Source: Azolla caroliniana | Lineage: Eukaryota > Plantae > Polypodiophyta | DNA length: 64,000 bases | Assembly (NCBI GenBank): GCA_043228905.1 | Contig: JBHGNT010000016.1 | Location: 13,206,001 to 13,270,000 of the forward strand | Reading direction: 5' to 3' | Shown here: positions 1 through 12,314 of the stretch, piece by piece | How positions within the stretch are numbered: position 1 is the stretch's first letter | Layout of the letters: every line of letters starts with the position of its first letter | Program-made: the position numbers and the translations under genes | Notes under the pieces: generated by a model | What the model was told of the DNA's origin: nothing | The model's input: the letters and a program-made list of their open reading frames with translations, nothing else | The model's database searches: none

Positions 1-3000
1 ACGCACAACAATACTGCATCCACTACATTGTGCATAAATATATACAAACACACACAAGTATATAAATATGTGTATGGATAGTGGGTTTTACAAATTCAAA
101 TGGAAAAGTTTTGACTGGCAATGAGATATTGATTGAATCATACTTGGTTGTAAGTTTACTACCATACAAGCATAAATTTTGCAACCATTTGCTACATTGT
201 TTAAGCATGCTTCTGAAAGTGCTCAAAGGTTTGATCATAACTAATCCTCGTAGAATATTTAATACATCTATATTCTTGGCACCCATTTTCTGAATTATAT
301 GTATATCAATCAATGGGTAAGATTCAAGAATTACTAAAATGTAGAGACATAAACAATGACAATGGTTCCTTGAGTCTCAACCATTGCAAAAATATGATAC
401 TAATATCGAGGACCCCCACCAACCAAAGTTGCCCCACATATACATTCTAAAAGGATGCCTCACGCATTCAACCACGTGGCATTAATGATGAATTAGGCTT
501 CACCTTTTCCCGTTGCTTGCATTTTTGTTCCCCCTTCCTCTTGTCATTCATGGAGCTTATGAGGGGATGCTTCACTTGTGCTGATTTTCACTTGTTTCAT
601 GACCACTTCCACTATGAGTCCTAGCCTATGTGTTGTTATTGATTATCTCCTTATTCCCAAGACATTGTTCCTTTCACATGCTTTGTTGTAGGTTGGTTGG
701 AGCATCTATAACGTTGACTACATTCTAGGATTAACAAGAACAAATGTTGGTGAAGTGCGACTGTGAATCGTGATTTATATCCTATGGTCTAGCTATCTCC
801 TTTTTGGAAACACTATAGATTAGATGCGGATGAATATGCATAATGAAGCATGCAATAATTGTGAATTGCTCTAGCATGCACACTTGAACCAATACATGAA
901 CTCTAAAAACGGGGAATTGGAGAGAAAAGCCCTTCGTCCAATCAACATGACTTGGGAGAGATGGGCAAGCTCATGGTTGACATATCATATTGTAGCAAAA
1001 CGTGAAACCTCTTCTTCGAATGGGTAAACTACATTCACAAATTATACATTCTACAAGGTGCCCCCTCTTTGCAAATTGCATAACTGTTTCGGTAGAGCAC
1101 AACTCACATTGTCTTTCGTTTTTCTAAAAACAAGTTTGCAACTCAGAATATCATGTCGGGTGCGATGTTGCACCTTCTACCATATTTGAGGCATTTCCAA
1201 ACATGTAACATGATATAAATGGGTTAAAAGAGTAAAGACACTTTTGTATGCCAAACAATATGATATGAACATAAGGAGTAGAACAGGGAGGGCGAAGGGG
1301 GCAATATGGTCTTCCTTCTCTTACTCCCTCTATAAAAACCACTAAACAAGGGTGATCCTTTTTTAAGCAAGAGGCAACCCAAAGTTAGATTGAACTTAGT
1401 ATTATGGATATGAGATGTAGTTTACCCTCCATTATGTTTAGTTGCAGTCAATTAATTGATAATATCGGTGTTGTTTGCCATTATTTACTCAATGCTTCTT
1501 GTTCTTGTATTGTTAAATCCTTCTTCCCATATCGTTAATCTTGTGCCAAACAGTGCAAGGGAAATATGGTCCAAGGCAGTGCACAAAGTGCACCAGATGT
1601 CAAACAAGTGGAACATTGTGAGCAGATGAAGGCATCACAACCCGTGATTGGTTAAGAATAAGATCCATCTATCTTTACATTTAGCTTTGGAGCTATAGTT
1701 TTTTACATATATCAGTATGTTACACAAGAGAGAAATGGATCTATTGCAAATTTTTATTGTCACACAACTGTTTCCATTTATATGTTACACTAGCTAATCA
1801 TGAAACCTTTTTGTTGTCTAATAAGATTAAACATGTTTGTGCGGTATTTGATATGAAAACACAAATTTTTAACCAATATGCATATGATTCCTTAAAATTT
1901 TGGTCTTTAATCCCCTTTGCTATAAGTCCTATTTCGATTCCCTTTTTAGCTTTGGGTTACGTAGTATAAAAGGATAATATATGTAGTGCCCAATGACGCA
2001 AATATAGAAGAAGATACCAAGTTCCAATATGGATACTTTTATCATATTCTATAAATTAAACATAACTATATATTATAGCATGTGTTTGAATCGGCACTCA
2101 AGTTATAATAACTAGAATCAAATGTCTTCATAGCATTATCAATAAGATAAAAAGGGTTAGTTTTAGTTTTATTTAGTTCTCACAATGTATGGAAGAAAAC
2201 AAATGGTGTATCTAGGCTTGTTAGAATTGTAAACTAGACAAATATATATTAAGTACCAATGGCTCCTTTTAAGTATTCATGAACCTTATGGAAGAACTAC
2301 AACAACTATACTAAAATGCATGGAATCCAGCAAAAAGATCGACAATGTATTAAAACTTGGGATGACCATTTGACAGTTATATGTTTTTTTTCCTTATAAT
2401 ACAAACATATTATTTCAAATACCAATGTATGTTCTTAAAAGTAAGAGTTGCATATTATGTTAATGCTTGATGGATAACGTAAAGTCCAAATCAATGCTCG
2501 TGAAAAATTATTTTCTAAATGGAAAAGTATGGATTATTTAGACTATAATCTAGGAAGTCTATTAACAACAAATCTTCAGAGACATTTTCAAAATTCAAAC
2601 GGATTTCAATGAATTAACTATACATAGCATTCACGAACAATTCTTTATATTTGTTTGTTCTCCAATGCATTTGCTTATTTATTAGTAAGAATGTCTAGAA
2701 TCTAGACCGTTAATAACCAAAATCTTTGATTTAACACATCATGGTTCCTACAAAAGTTGTCTAAATTTTTTTATTAGTATTCGTTCAAACATAACACCTT
2801 AGTAGTTATTATCACCCTGGTCCCTAGGTATGCTTGTAAAATGTGAATATAAAATAAAAGGTCAACTCTTAGCCACATGGCTTTGTAGCCCTAGGATCAT
2901 GTGGAAGATCGCCTCATTCATGGTGGAGAAACTCCAATAAAATTATTGTTGATACCAAGTATCATTGCAAGCTACATGTCAAATATACAATATTAACCTT

Positions 3001-4210
3001 TGTTTGGGGTGATGTTCATACAATAGTTACATAACACAATGCTCTAGAATCCACTTTGGTAAGACTTTAACAAAATCTACATTTCTCTAATGATGAATAA
3101 ACTCCAAAAAAACATTATGCTTCAATTCGATCATAAGATTGTTGTGGGACATATATATGTCATTGTTTAGAGCATTGTATAAATTATTGGCTAATAGATG
3201 AATGAATCACATCTTGCTTTATCTTCACAGTAACAAAAAGGATATAGTTTTAGAATTTATGTTTTAATATACTTGCACTTGTGAAAATAGTATAAGATTT
3301 CATTTGATAGAATTAATAAATATATGTTTTAATTTCTATCTTCGACATAATTGTGATGTTCAAGTGCACACAAGTCCATTGTACGTTATGATGCCAACTC
3401 AATTTCAAATTCTACCTTCTCTTTGATGCTTTATAGGACCTTTTCCTTGGCATGCAATTAATATACTTCTCATATTTGGCACATAATTAATAATTAAGTT
3501 CTCATAGCATGTACGAAGTTTTATCTACCATTAATCAATGAGTCTAGAAAACAATTTCAAAACATCGTGTTAGAGATCTTACAACATTTTGGGAAGTTAA
3601 GACATGATGGAAAAAGGTTTGTTATTGGTGTCACGGGAAAAGTTGGGCACAATGAAGTTGTTGAGAGGTTTAAGTATAATATTTTGGGAGATTCACATGC
3701 TAGCATGAAAATCAACAATCCTTATAGATTTGGAAAAGGAAACACAAATGTGGACAAAAATGTTGGCAGGTATGTGCACATGCATGAAATCAAATTTCTT
3801 TGGATCTTGGACCACCACCTTTTGGGATGTTGTATTTGATAAGCTCAGTGACACCATTGTACCATCTCCATTTACTACAAAATTCGAATAAAGTCATAGA
3901 ACATGCAAAGCAATCGAATGGGATAAGGATCTATTAATTCAATGCAAATGGAGAGTACTCACTGAGTGATCAAGTTTTCCGTTTACATTAGTGGATCTAT
4001 TTACAGTTGCCAAATATATTTCTCAATTGTTTACTCATGGCTCAAAATTTGGATGAAAATGTGGAACCTTTGCAAAAGGAGTTGACCCCACATTGTAGCT
4101 CAATAATTGCCTTGCTTGAAAGTTACAAGACTTGATGATTATCACTTTACACAACCACCAAATCAAGCTAAAGCAACACAAAAACTGATAAGTCTATGAA
4201 GTAAGCGATC

Positions 4211-4417
4211 TCTCTCTCTCTTATAGTAATTAGCTACCCTAGTAATAAGTTGTTACACTACTAACGCTATGTCTTGGGTTCGAAAGACAATTTCTCACTC
4301 CTCTATTACTTCAAACACTCTCTCTTATCGTAATTAGCTACCCTAGTAGTAAGTAGTTACATTACTAACACTACGTCTTCGGTTCGAAAGACGATTTCTC
4401 ACTCTATTACTTCAAAC
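4211..4417 (+). repeat. Two tandem copies (~107 bp period) of a tRNA-derived/SINE-like unit
   Basis: Repeated unit ...aattagctaccctagtartaagt...gtctt(g/c)ggttcgaaagac... with A-box-like and B-box (GGTTCGAA) motifs; the same unit recurs at 58240-58600. Confidence 0.55.
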
Positions 4418-4431
4418 ATACATGATAATAT

Positions 4432-4492
4432 AGGGGTTGAACCCATGACCTCTTACTCTCCATTGGGCAATCTTACCAACTAAGCTACATCC
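4432..4492 (-). promoter_or_regulatory. Degenerate tRNA-like Pol III A/B-box cassette
   Basis: Minus strand reads tagcttagttggtaag (A box) ... gggttcaacccct (B box/T-arm); no intact cloverleaf. Confidence 0.45.
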
Positions 4493-4666
4493 ATCTAGGC
4501 TCTCACTCACTCACTCACTCTCTCACTCTCTCTCTCTTTGTCTCTCTCACTCTATATATCAAATATTACATTCACCATACATAAACATAAATTAAAAAAA
4601 GAGAATTGGTTTATCACTTATTTCCTAATTCTAAATTTGGATTGGCATCGGATAATGCTTGATAAG

Positions 4667-4900
4667 TGTTAGGATTCACATAGCACTTTGCAACTTCTTG
4701 GGAAACAAAGATTACTTTGTGCAGGTTATTTAAGAAAAAAAACAAAATTATGCATGATGCACCACAATGTTAATGTGGAAAACCCTTAAGAAGGGATAAA
4801 AAACCATAGGTTCAAGTCTAGAAACAATTCACTATAAATGGGTAAAATTTGTACACCAAAGTTCTACTCAAAATAGATTAGCTTATTATTTAAAGAGGAA
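4667..4900 (-). mobile_element. Old Copia-type LTR remnant
   Basis: Minus-strand motif tggttttttatccctt...agggttttccacatt at ~4772-4807 resembles the motif in the solo LTR at ~27765-27800; boundaries uncertain. Confidence 0.3.
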
Positions 4901-5295
4901 AGTAAAATTTCCTCTAAAAACTTAATAAATAAAAAAACAAAAAGGACCACCAAAGACACAACATGAGGCTAGTGATGAAGGTGGTGATGTCGAAAAATGT
5001 CGATGTTTAATCAATGTACTCAGAGGGTTGATGGAGAAGGCCAAGAAGCTTAGTATGAACTCTTAAAAATTTTGCTCTACACTCTAATAGAAGTCTACAT
5101 GTTTTCCCTCTAATAGAAGTCTACATGGAGAATGGTACATAGAGTTCTTTGTCGAATTTATTGTGCTTTGACCATCACAATTTGTTTATATTCTTTCTTC
5201 TCCCATTCTAATCATGTTTATGCCATTATGTATTACTTTCAATCATTAAAATATTTTGTAGTGGTAATCGATTAGTTATATAAAATGCACATATA

Positions 5296-5560
5296 TATGC
5301 TTATGAGGTCATTACCTCAATTGCCATATATTTGGTATACGATTTGTGTCGTATGCGTAAGAGGTCAATACCTTGATTGTGTATTACGTTCACTTACATA
5401 TGTTATGTATGCGTAAGAGATCAATACCTCAATTGTTATATATTGGATGTGTGATCTGTGTCGTATGCGTAAGAGGTCAATACCTCAATTGTGTATTATG
5501 TTCACCCTTGTTTTTTTGGATGTTACTAGAGGCTATATGCCTCAATTATGTACCTCGATT
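5296..5560. repeat. Minisatellite, ~55 bp unit with ~111 bp higher-order period
   Basis: Core gtatgcgtaagaggtcaatacctcaattg occurs ~5 times; alternate spacers resemble each other. Confidence 0.7.
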
Positions 5561-5937
5561 ACATCATTCGTTGGTTATGTTTTGGTTAACGATTCTTTTA
5601 TATACACATATGTAGTCAAATGTACACATATTCAATCGTATACATGTCATGAACATATATATGTGTATATTAGAAATTTGTTACGTTATGTTAATTGATT
5701 GATGGTTGTTTTTCAGGGAAGGATCTTGTGGCCATCCTCACATTTTTGTGAGAATGGCATAGTCACATTTTTGTGATCCCTGTTGGTCACCTCGATATCA
5801 TGATGTTGTGAGCGTAAGGGCTTGATCCACTTCATGTGAGGTGGCCCCTATGTCACACACATCCAACATCCCTCACTCGTTACGTGATTACGATGCCACC
5901 ATGAAATCATCATTATGAAAGGCATTCGTAATGACGT

Positions 5938-6644
5938 TGTCGTAGTGTATTCCACACACTACGTGAAAACCATAAAATAATATATTTGAATTTAGATACA
6001 TATAAATAAATAAATAATATATCAAAAGAATTTATCACGTGCATAGGGCAAGATTCGAACCATGCACCTCCACGTAGATAAACCCCAACTTTACCATTGT
6101 AATAACTTATCTTTAGTGTTATAAATATAGATTTAATACGTATAAGACCTTTATTTACACATACCTTTATTAAAAGGTAAAAATCATGTATTCTTTAGAG
6201 TGTGAATATTTTATTTACACGTGACATTAAAAGTGACTCATGCACATCTAGCGTGCACGAGCCCTATATTTAGGAAATGACAAAACATCACATGCACATT
6301 TAGTGTGCATGGGCACTTTAGGTGAAAAAGCATGAAGCCATGCTTAGCCTCTTCCATCTTTATATAAGGAGGAGAAAAATATGTATATGGTTGTTGATTA
6401 ATATACAAGTTTTTGATCAATCTAATATATTCGTGGGATTCACGAATTTTGCCATCTAAATTACTCTTATAATCTAAATATTGTTTTAAAATACACTAAA
6501 CTCGTGGGATTCACGAGATTACTATCTTACTTCTCTTCGTATTATTCATAACTAGCCTTAAGTTGTATTCCTCTTCCTCCTAGTCCAAAACCTCGGCGGT
6601 TCCCACCCGACTCACGCAACGATCCGGAACCGAAGGGCTCGACA
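5938..6644 (+). repeat. 5' LTR of element A
   Basis: tgtcgtagtg...gggctcgaca, direct repeat of 12315-13021. Confidence 0.97.
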
Positions 6645-6648
6645 CAGT

Positions 6649-6665
6649 TGGTGAACCCGACGTGA
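6649..6665 (+). promoter_or_regulatory. Primer-binding site complementary to the 3' end of tRNA-Trp
   Basis: TGGTGAACCCGACGTGA, 4 nt after the LTR; reverse complement of the plant tRNA-Trp end ...UCACGUCGGGUUCACCA (recalled, not searched). Confidence 0.85.
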
Positions 6666-6682
6666 AAACGGGTGGCAAGGAG

Positions 6683-8725
6683 ATGGAAAATCAACCGGAG
6701 GCTAGCAACATGATGATGATGTTCGAGCGCATGCTACAAGAACAACGTGCGATGTCGGAGATAGCGGCATCAGTGGAGCGGCTCGTGCAACGAAACGGGC
6801 AATTCAACGGGAAAGACGTGTCGCGGTATCTTCGGGACTACAAGGCGGAGATGCTACGGTGCGGAATATCAGAAGGACTGCAAGTGACGTCCTTCAACCG
6901 GGTGGCGACCGACGGGCTTCAAGCAAGCATCCATGGGCTACGACAGCAAAATCCGACATGGGAGGCGTTTGAAGTAGAGCTAAAGAGGACGTTCGCCATC
7001 GAGAATTCCTCCAAGGCGACGCGAAGGGGATTCGAAGATTGGGTGGAGACGCCGGACAAGGGATTGAAGGTCGTTGATGTGTTTTCGGCATTCAAAAGCC
7101 GGTTCGGGAGGTTGTCCGCGAGAGATCAAGCTATCCTCGTACCGGACAAGGTGATCATGTTCTTGCGAGCCGTGGACGTCCGGGACCGGAAAGATCTCGG
7201 AGTGCTCTTGGAGGACACGACCACGGAGAGCGGCCTCACCGAAACATGGGAAAGCGTGCGGGATATCGTCGCGCGATACACGAAGAGGGGGCAATGGCTT
7301 GCCGACGAGGAAAAGAGGGTTTCGGAACCGATTCCGAAACCGAGAACCGGATTGGAAGACCATCAACTGAGGGCTCGAGAGACTACAACCGAGAAGGGGA
7401 TTGATGCATCTACGGTGGAGCAACTATTGAAGGAGATGGAGAATCTGAAGATCGCGATGGTGAAGAAGTCGGATGACCGCCCCACAAGCTCCAAGTATAC
7501 GGACCGACGGTGCATATGGTGCGATAGCGCCGAACACGATCGGAGGGATTGCGATGAGCATAAGGAGGCGCTACGACGGGATCTCATCTACTACGAGGGA
7601 AACCGGATTCATTCGATGGACTCTCGGAAGCCACTCCGACCGAACTTCCGGAAAGGCGGCATGAAGAAGGTGCTCGAGGAGGAATTGGCGGCAAGAAGCA
7701 ACTATGCGACAACCGCGGGAATATGTGTCGGGGAGTCATCGAGAGCAAAGACGTCTTTTTGGCCGGAAGTTCTAGAAAACACCGAGAAAACCGACTCCAA
7801 CGAGATCCGAAGCACCGCGGAAGGTGTCCGGGAAGCTACGGGATGGGAGTGCCCTGTCGACAAGAATAGCGTATACGCCCTGTGTCAATTGCATAAGGTG
7901 TATGTGGACGAGAAACGACGACGCACGGAGGATGCGGCCGGGCCATCGAAGATACCGGAAAGTTGGAACTCCGGAGGTAAGGGAAAAGAAAAGGCGACTC
8001 CGGCATTCAAGCTCGCCTCGGACATAGAACAACAAACCGACTTGAAAAGAGTGTTCGAGGAAAGAATCTTGGATAGCCGGGTAGATTTCTCGCTTCGGGA
8101 GCTACTCGAAATAGCAAAGAAGGAGTTCCACGATCTTCTCGTGGATCTTGTGAAGCGAAAAAGACAAAGTACGGAGGAAAATGCTCCAAGGGTGAATGCG
8201 AACACCGTTTTAATGAACGACACCGAAGCGGAGGACGAAATTCCGAACTCCCACTATACAAGGCCACATTGGGCACGCGCGACTACGGAGACTCCGGTCC
8301 GAATCGGCAACATCAAAGAACCCGTGCTAGCATTGATTGATCACGGATCGGAGATCAACTTGATGTCCAAGGAGTTCTACCGGAAGGGGAAGTGGCCTAT
8401 TAACACCAACCATGGATAGAAGATTTGGGCGGCCACCAAAGCAACGGAAGATCTATTTGCGGCTTGTCTGGATGTGACGGTGAAGATCGGGGATGTCGAG
8501 ATCGACCAAAATTTCTTCGTGCAAGATGAGGTTTCACATTCCGTCATCCTCGGCCAACCCTTTATCACGGCATCACGGATGGAGACGAAGGTGCTCGATA
8601 GCGGTGCGGCTTTTGCACGAATTCGGAGCCAAAACGGTGGGAAATCCGTCCAATTCCTAACGGTGCCGGCAAATCACGAAAGGAACAAGAGGGAACTCTT
8701 GTCCCAAGTGAGAATGGATTTTTAA
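6683..8725 (+). pseudogene. gag: gag-protease ORF of element A with one premature stop
   Basis: Zinc knuckle CIWCDSAEHDRRDC; protease-like ALIDHGSEINLM; in-frame TAG at 8417-8419 (probably TGG>TAG), frame continues to TAA at 8723-8725. Confidence 0.9.
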
Positions 8726-8779
8726 AGCGGACTGTTGCGGAGTGGGGAAGTGATAGTCCGAGAAGCCCTAAAACCCCAC
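8716..8779 (+). promoter_or_regulatory. Candidate -1 ribosomal frameshift signal (G_GAU_UUU plus H-type pseudoknot)
   Basis: Heptamer 8716-8722 immediately before the ORF1 stop; stem 8728-8738/8750-8760; loop GTGGGG 8742-8747 pairs with CCCCAC 8774-8779; pol lies in the -1 frame. Confidence 0.75.
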
Positions 8780-11700
8780 ACAGGAAGAAAACTCTCGGAG
8801 CAAAACATGTACGAATCGGTCCGGATGGGGCATCTACGTACACGACCGTAACCGGAGGATTGAAGAAAGGATACCGACAAGTGGAGGATAAGTTGCGGTC
8901 GGCATCAATAATAAAAGAAGATGAAGAAATCGTGGGGATAGTCGAGGAAGTGTTCTATGGGAGCACGCTACAACGACTTGAAGAGCTTGCGGAAGATAAA
9001 AGCCAAGGGAACCGGGTAGTCCCGGTGGAATCGGTCGAGATGTACGAGATCATTGCGAAAATGGAGCCGGATACGCTCCGTAAAGAAGAAGCAATGGTAA
9101 GTACGAAATACAAGACCGTGGAGAAGAAGGTGAAACCGGCCGCGGGACCACTACCCGCCGATAGCGAACAAAAGAGGAAAGAAGTCTCAGGAGATCCGAC
9201 ACTTCGGAAGTCTGTGGATATCGGACATGCCTTCACGGATGAGACCCGGAAGAAACTTCGGATCGGTGGAGGTGGGTTCCTATTACAGAAAGAAGAAGAA
9301 CGGTTTCGCGAGATGTTGGAGCAACACGGCAAAGCGTTTGCATTTACATCAAGGGAGATAGGGTGCGTCGATCCAAGAATAGTGGAGCCGATGGTGATCT
9401 TTACGATTGACCATGTACCGTGGAATCTGAAGCCGATTCCGGTGCCACGAGCGCATATTCCGCAAGTCATTGACTTGCTCAAGGAGAAGGTGGCGATGGG
9501 GATTCTAGAGCCATCAACTGCTCCGTACTCAAATCGATGGTTTACGGTTCCGAAGAAGAATGGGTCACTCCGATTTATCCAAGACTTGCAACCGGTGAAT
9601 AAGGTCACGATCCGGAACTCGGGAGTCGGTCCGATAGTGGACGAATTTGCGGAAGCTTTTGCCGGTCGTGCGATATACTCCATCGGAGACCTATACTCGG
9701 GGTATGACCAATTCCAACTAGCCGTGGAGAGCCGAGACATCACAACCATGCGAACACCGATAGGATTAGTCCGAATGTGCACACTACCACAAGGAGCGAC
9801 AAACTCGGTTGCTCATATGATGAACGCGATGAACAAGGTGCTTCGAGACTGCATTCCGGAGATAACGATGCCGTTCCTCGATGACATTCCGATGAAAGGA
9901 TGCGCGGTCGAAGAAAAAGATGAGACTATGGATGATCGGGGATGCCGAAAGTTCGTGGTCGACCATATTCATGCTTGCGAGAAAGTGTTGCGAAAGCTAG
10001 AAGATGTGCACCTAACACTTTCCGGGGAGAAATCGGCATTCGGGCAAGAAGAAATATTGGTGGTCGGACATCTATGTGGGCCCTACGGCCGAAGACCGTC
10101 ACCAACAAAGATCGATGCGATTCAAGCTATGGAGGAAGTATGCGAGTCAACATCCGAAGTCCGAAGGTTTCTCGGTGCATGTGCATTCTATCACATATGG
10201 ATTCCGCACTATGCACATATAGCGGACCCGCTCTACCACTTGTTGCGGAAAGGTAAGAAATTCGAATGGAAACCGGAACACACCAAAGCCATGAAGAAAT
10301 TGAAGAAGACACTTCGGAGGGCGGAAGCACTTAAGAAGCCGAGCTACGACCGACCGATCATAGTAACAGTTGATACAAGTCCAACCGGTATCGGGTGGGT
10401 CATCAATCAAGCCGACTCGGATGGTTCGCGGTATCCGATCCGATTCGGAGCAAAGGTTCTCAACGAAAGGCAACGTGGATATGCACAAGTCAAAAGAGAA
10501 CTGTGGGGAGTCGTGTCGGCGATAAAATCGGATCGGGATTATTTGATCGGAGCCGAAGTGGTGATCGAGACGGATTGTCTTCCGATACTCGGGATGATGC
10601 GGTGTTGTACGATACCAGATGTAGCTATGCTAAGGTGGGTTGCATATGTCAAGTCGCTTAATCCGGAGGTTCGACACATCTCGGGGAAGGAAAACGCGGT
10701 AGCGGATATGTTATCAAGGGCTCGGTTCGGAGACGACATAACCGAATCGGATAATGAAGAAGTTTCCGAAGACTACTTCGCGTCGGAGCACATATGCCGA
10801 GTGAACGTAATCCGAGAATTTCGGGAAGAAGAATATGAGGGAGAAAGTTTGATGATCGGAAAGATGTTACAAGAGGCCGAGGACTCGACAAACGATAAAG
10901 GAAGAAGAGCCGAGATCCGAAGGAAGAAGAGGCAAGTCCAAAAGTTCTTCTTGGAAAACGGATTAATATGGAAGGCGCCGAAAAGACCGGATGGTATACC
11001 ACTTCGAGTAGTCGGGACAAAAGAGCAACGAAACCGGATAATGTCCGAGTTTCACGAATCCGATTGGGCTGGACACCGAGGAACATGGGCAACATTTGTG
11101 AAGATCAAGCAAAAATATTGGTGGAAGAAAATGTACAAAGATATCGCGGAGTTTACCGAAAGCTGCGAGAAATGTCAAGTCTACTCCGGGGTTCGACATC
11201 GAGATGAGTTACATCCGACATTCTCACCGACAATCAACTTCAAGTGGATGGTCGACATAGTGGCCATGCCGACCGGGATCGGACAAAAGAAATACTTGGT
11301 ATTAGCTCGGGAAGATCTCACGAATCAAGTAGAAGGTCGAGCGCTTCAGAGGAAAACGTGTTCCGCGGTATGCCAATTTCTTTTGGAGGAAGTATTTTGC
11401 AGGTACGGGTGCGTAGGACAAGTGATTGCAGACTAGGGAGAACTCGACTCGGACAAAGCTAGGGGATTCTTCGCCAAACACGGAGTTCGGTTATCACTGA
11501 CAACGGCATACAATCCGGAGGCCAACGGGAAAATCGAACGAGGACATAGTCCGATCGTAAAAGCACTTGCAAAGGCATGCGATGAAAAGGTGAAGGACTG
11601 GCCGCAGATGCTTCCGTATGCACTATGGGCGGATCGGACGACGCATAGCTCCATAACCGGTTACATGCTGGCAGAACTCATGACCGGACAAGCACCGGTA

Positions 11701-12302
11701 ATGCCGACGGAAACCGCGATCGCGACATGGACAGTGCTACCGTGGAAGGAAGAGATGAGCCGGGAAGAACTACTAGCGGTCCGGATACGACAACTAGAGG
11801 GAAGACCGGCAGACATAGCGGAAGCAATACGCCGACAACAAGAAGCACGATTAAGGAACAAAAGCCGGTTCGAAACAAAGCACCGACTACGACCGAGGAG
11901 GATTGAAGAAGGAGACTGGGTGATCGTCTATGACAGTAGTTTGGACCATCAACATACAACGATGTGGAAATTCGCGAAAAGGTGGTTCGGGCCATACGAG
12001 GTTCGGAAAGTCTTCGACAACGGAACGTACCGACTGTCCGAGTTGGATGGAACAATACTACGAGTGCCTATAGCCGGGAAGCGGGTGAAGATTTTCAAGA
12101 AGCGGACCGACGACAAACCCTATGTGATCCAAGCCAAGGCCGACTACGAGGAGAAATCAGACGAAGACCACGGGGATGCGGGAAGCGAAGAACGTGAATT
12201 ACAACTCATAGTCGACATAAGGGGAGAATCGGAGGAAGCTTTGGGTGAAGACGGATATGGGGAATCGAGAACTTTGGCACATACCGGAGGATGTGCGGGT
12301 TC

Positions 12303-12314
12303 GGAGGGGGTGAG
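12303..12314 (+). promoter_or_regulatory. Polypurine tract of element A
   Basis: ggagggggtgag directly before the 3' LTR. Confidence 0.85.

Noticed and set aside
1-4200. Short ORFs in AT-rich DNA
   Set aside because: No recognisable motifs; probably ancient TE decay, which I cannot classify by eye
5296-5560. CRISPR-like repeat-spacer pattern with a palindromic repeat
   Set aside because: Spacers resemble each other in alternation, repeats are degenerate, no cas genes, eukaryotic context
8955-9782. 275-aa antisense ORF in element A
   Set aside because: Codon-register mirror of RT; explained by codon bias
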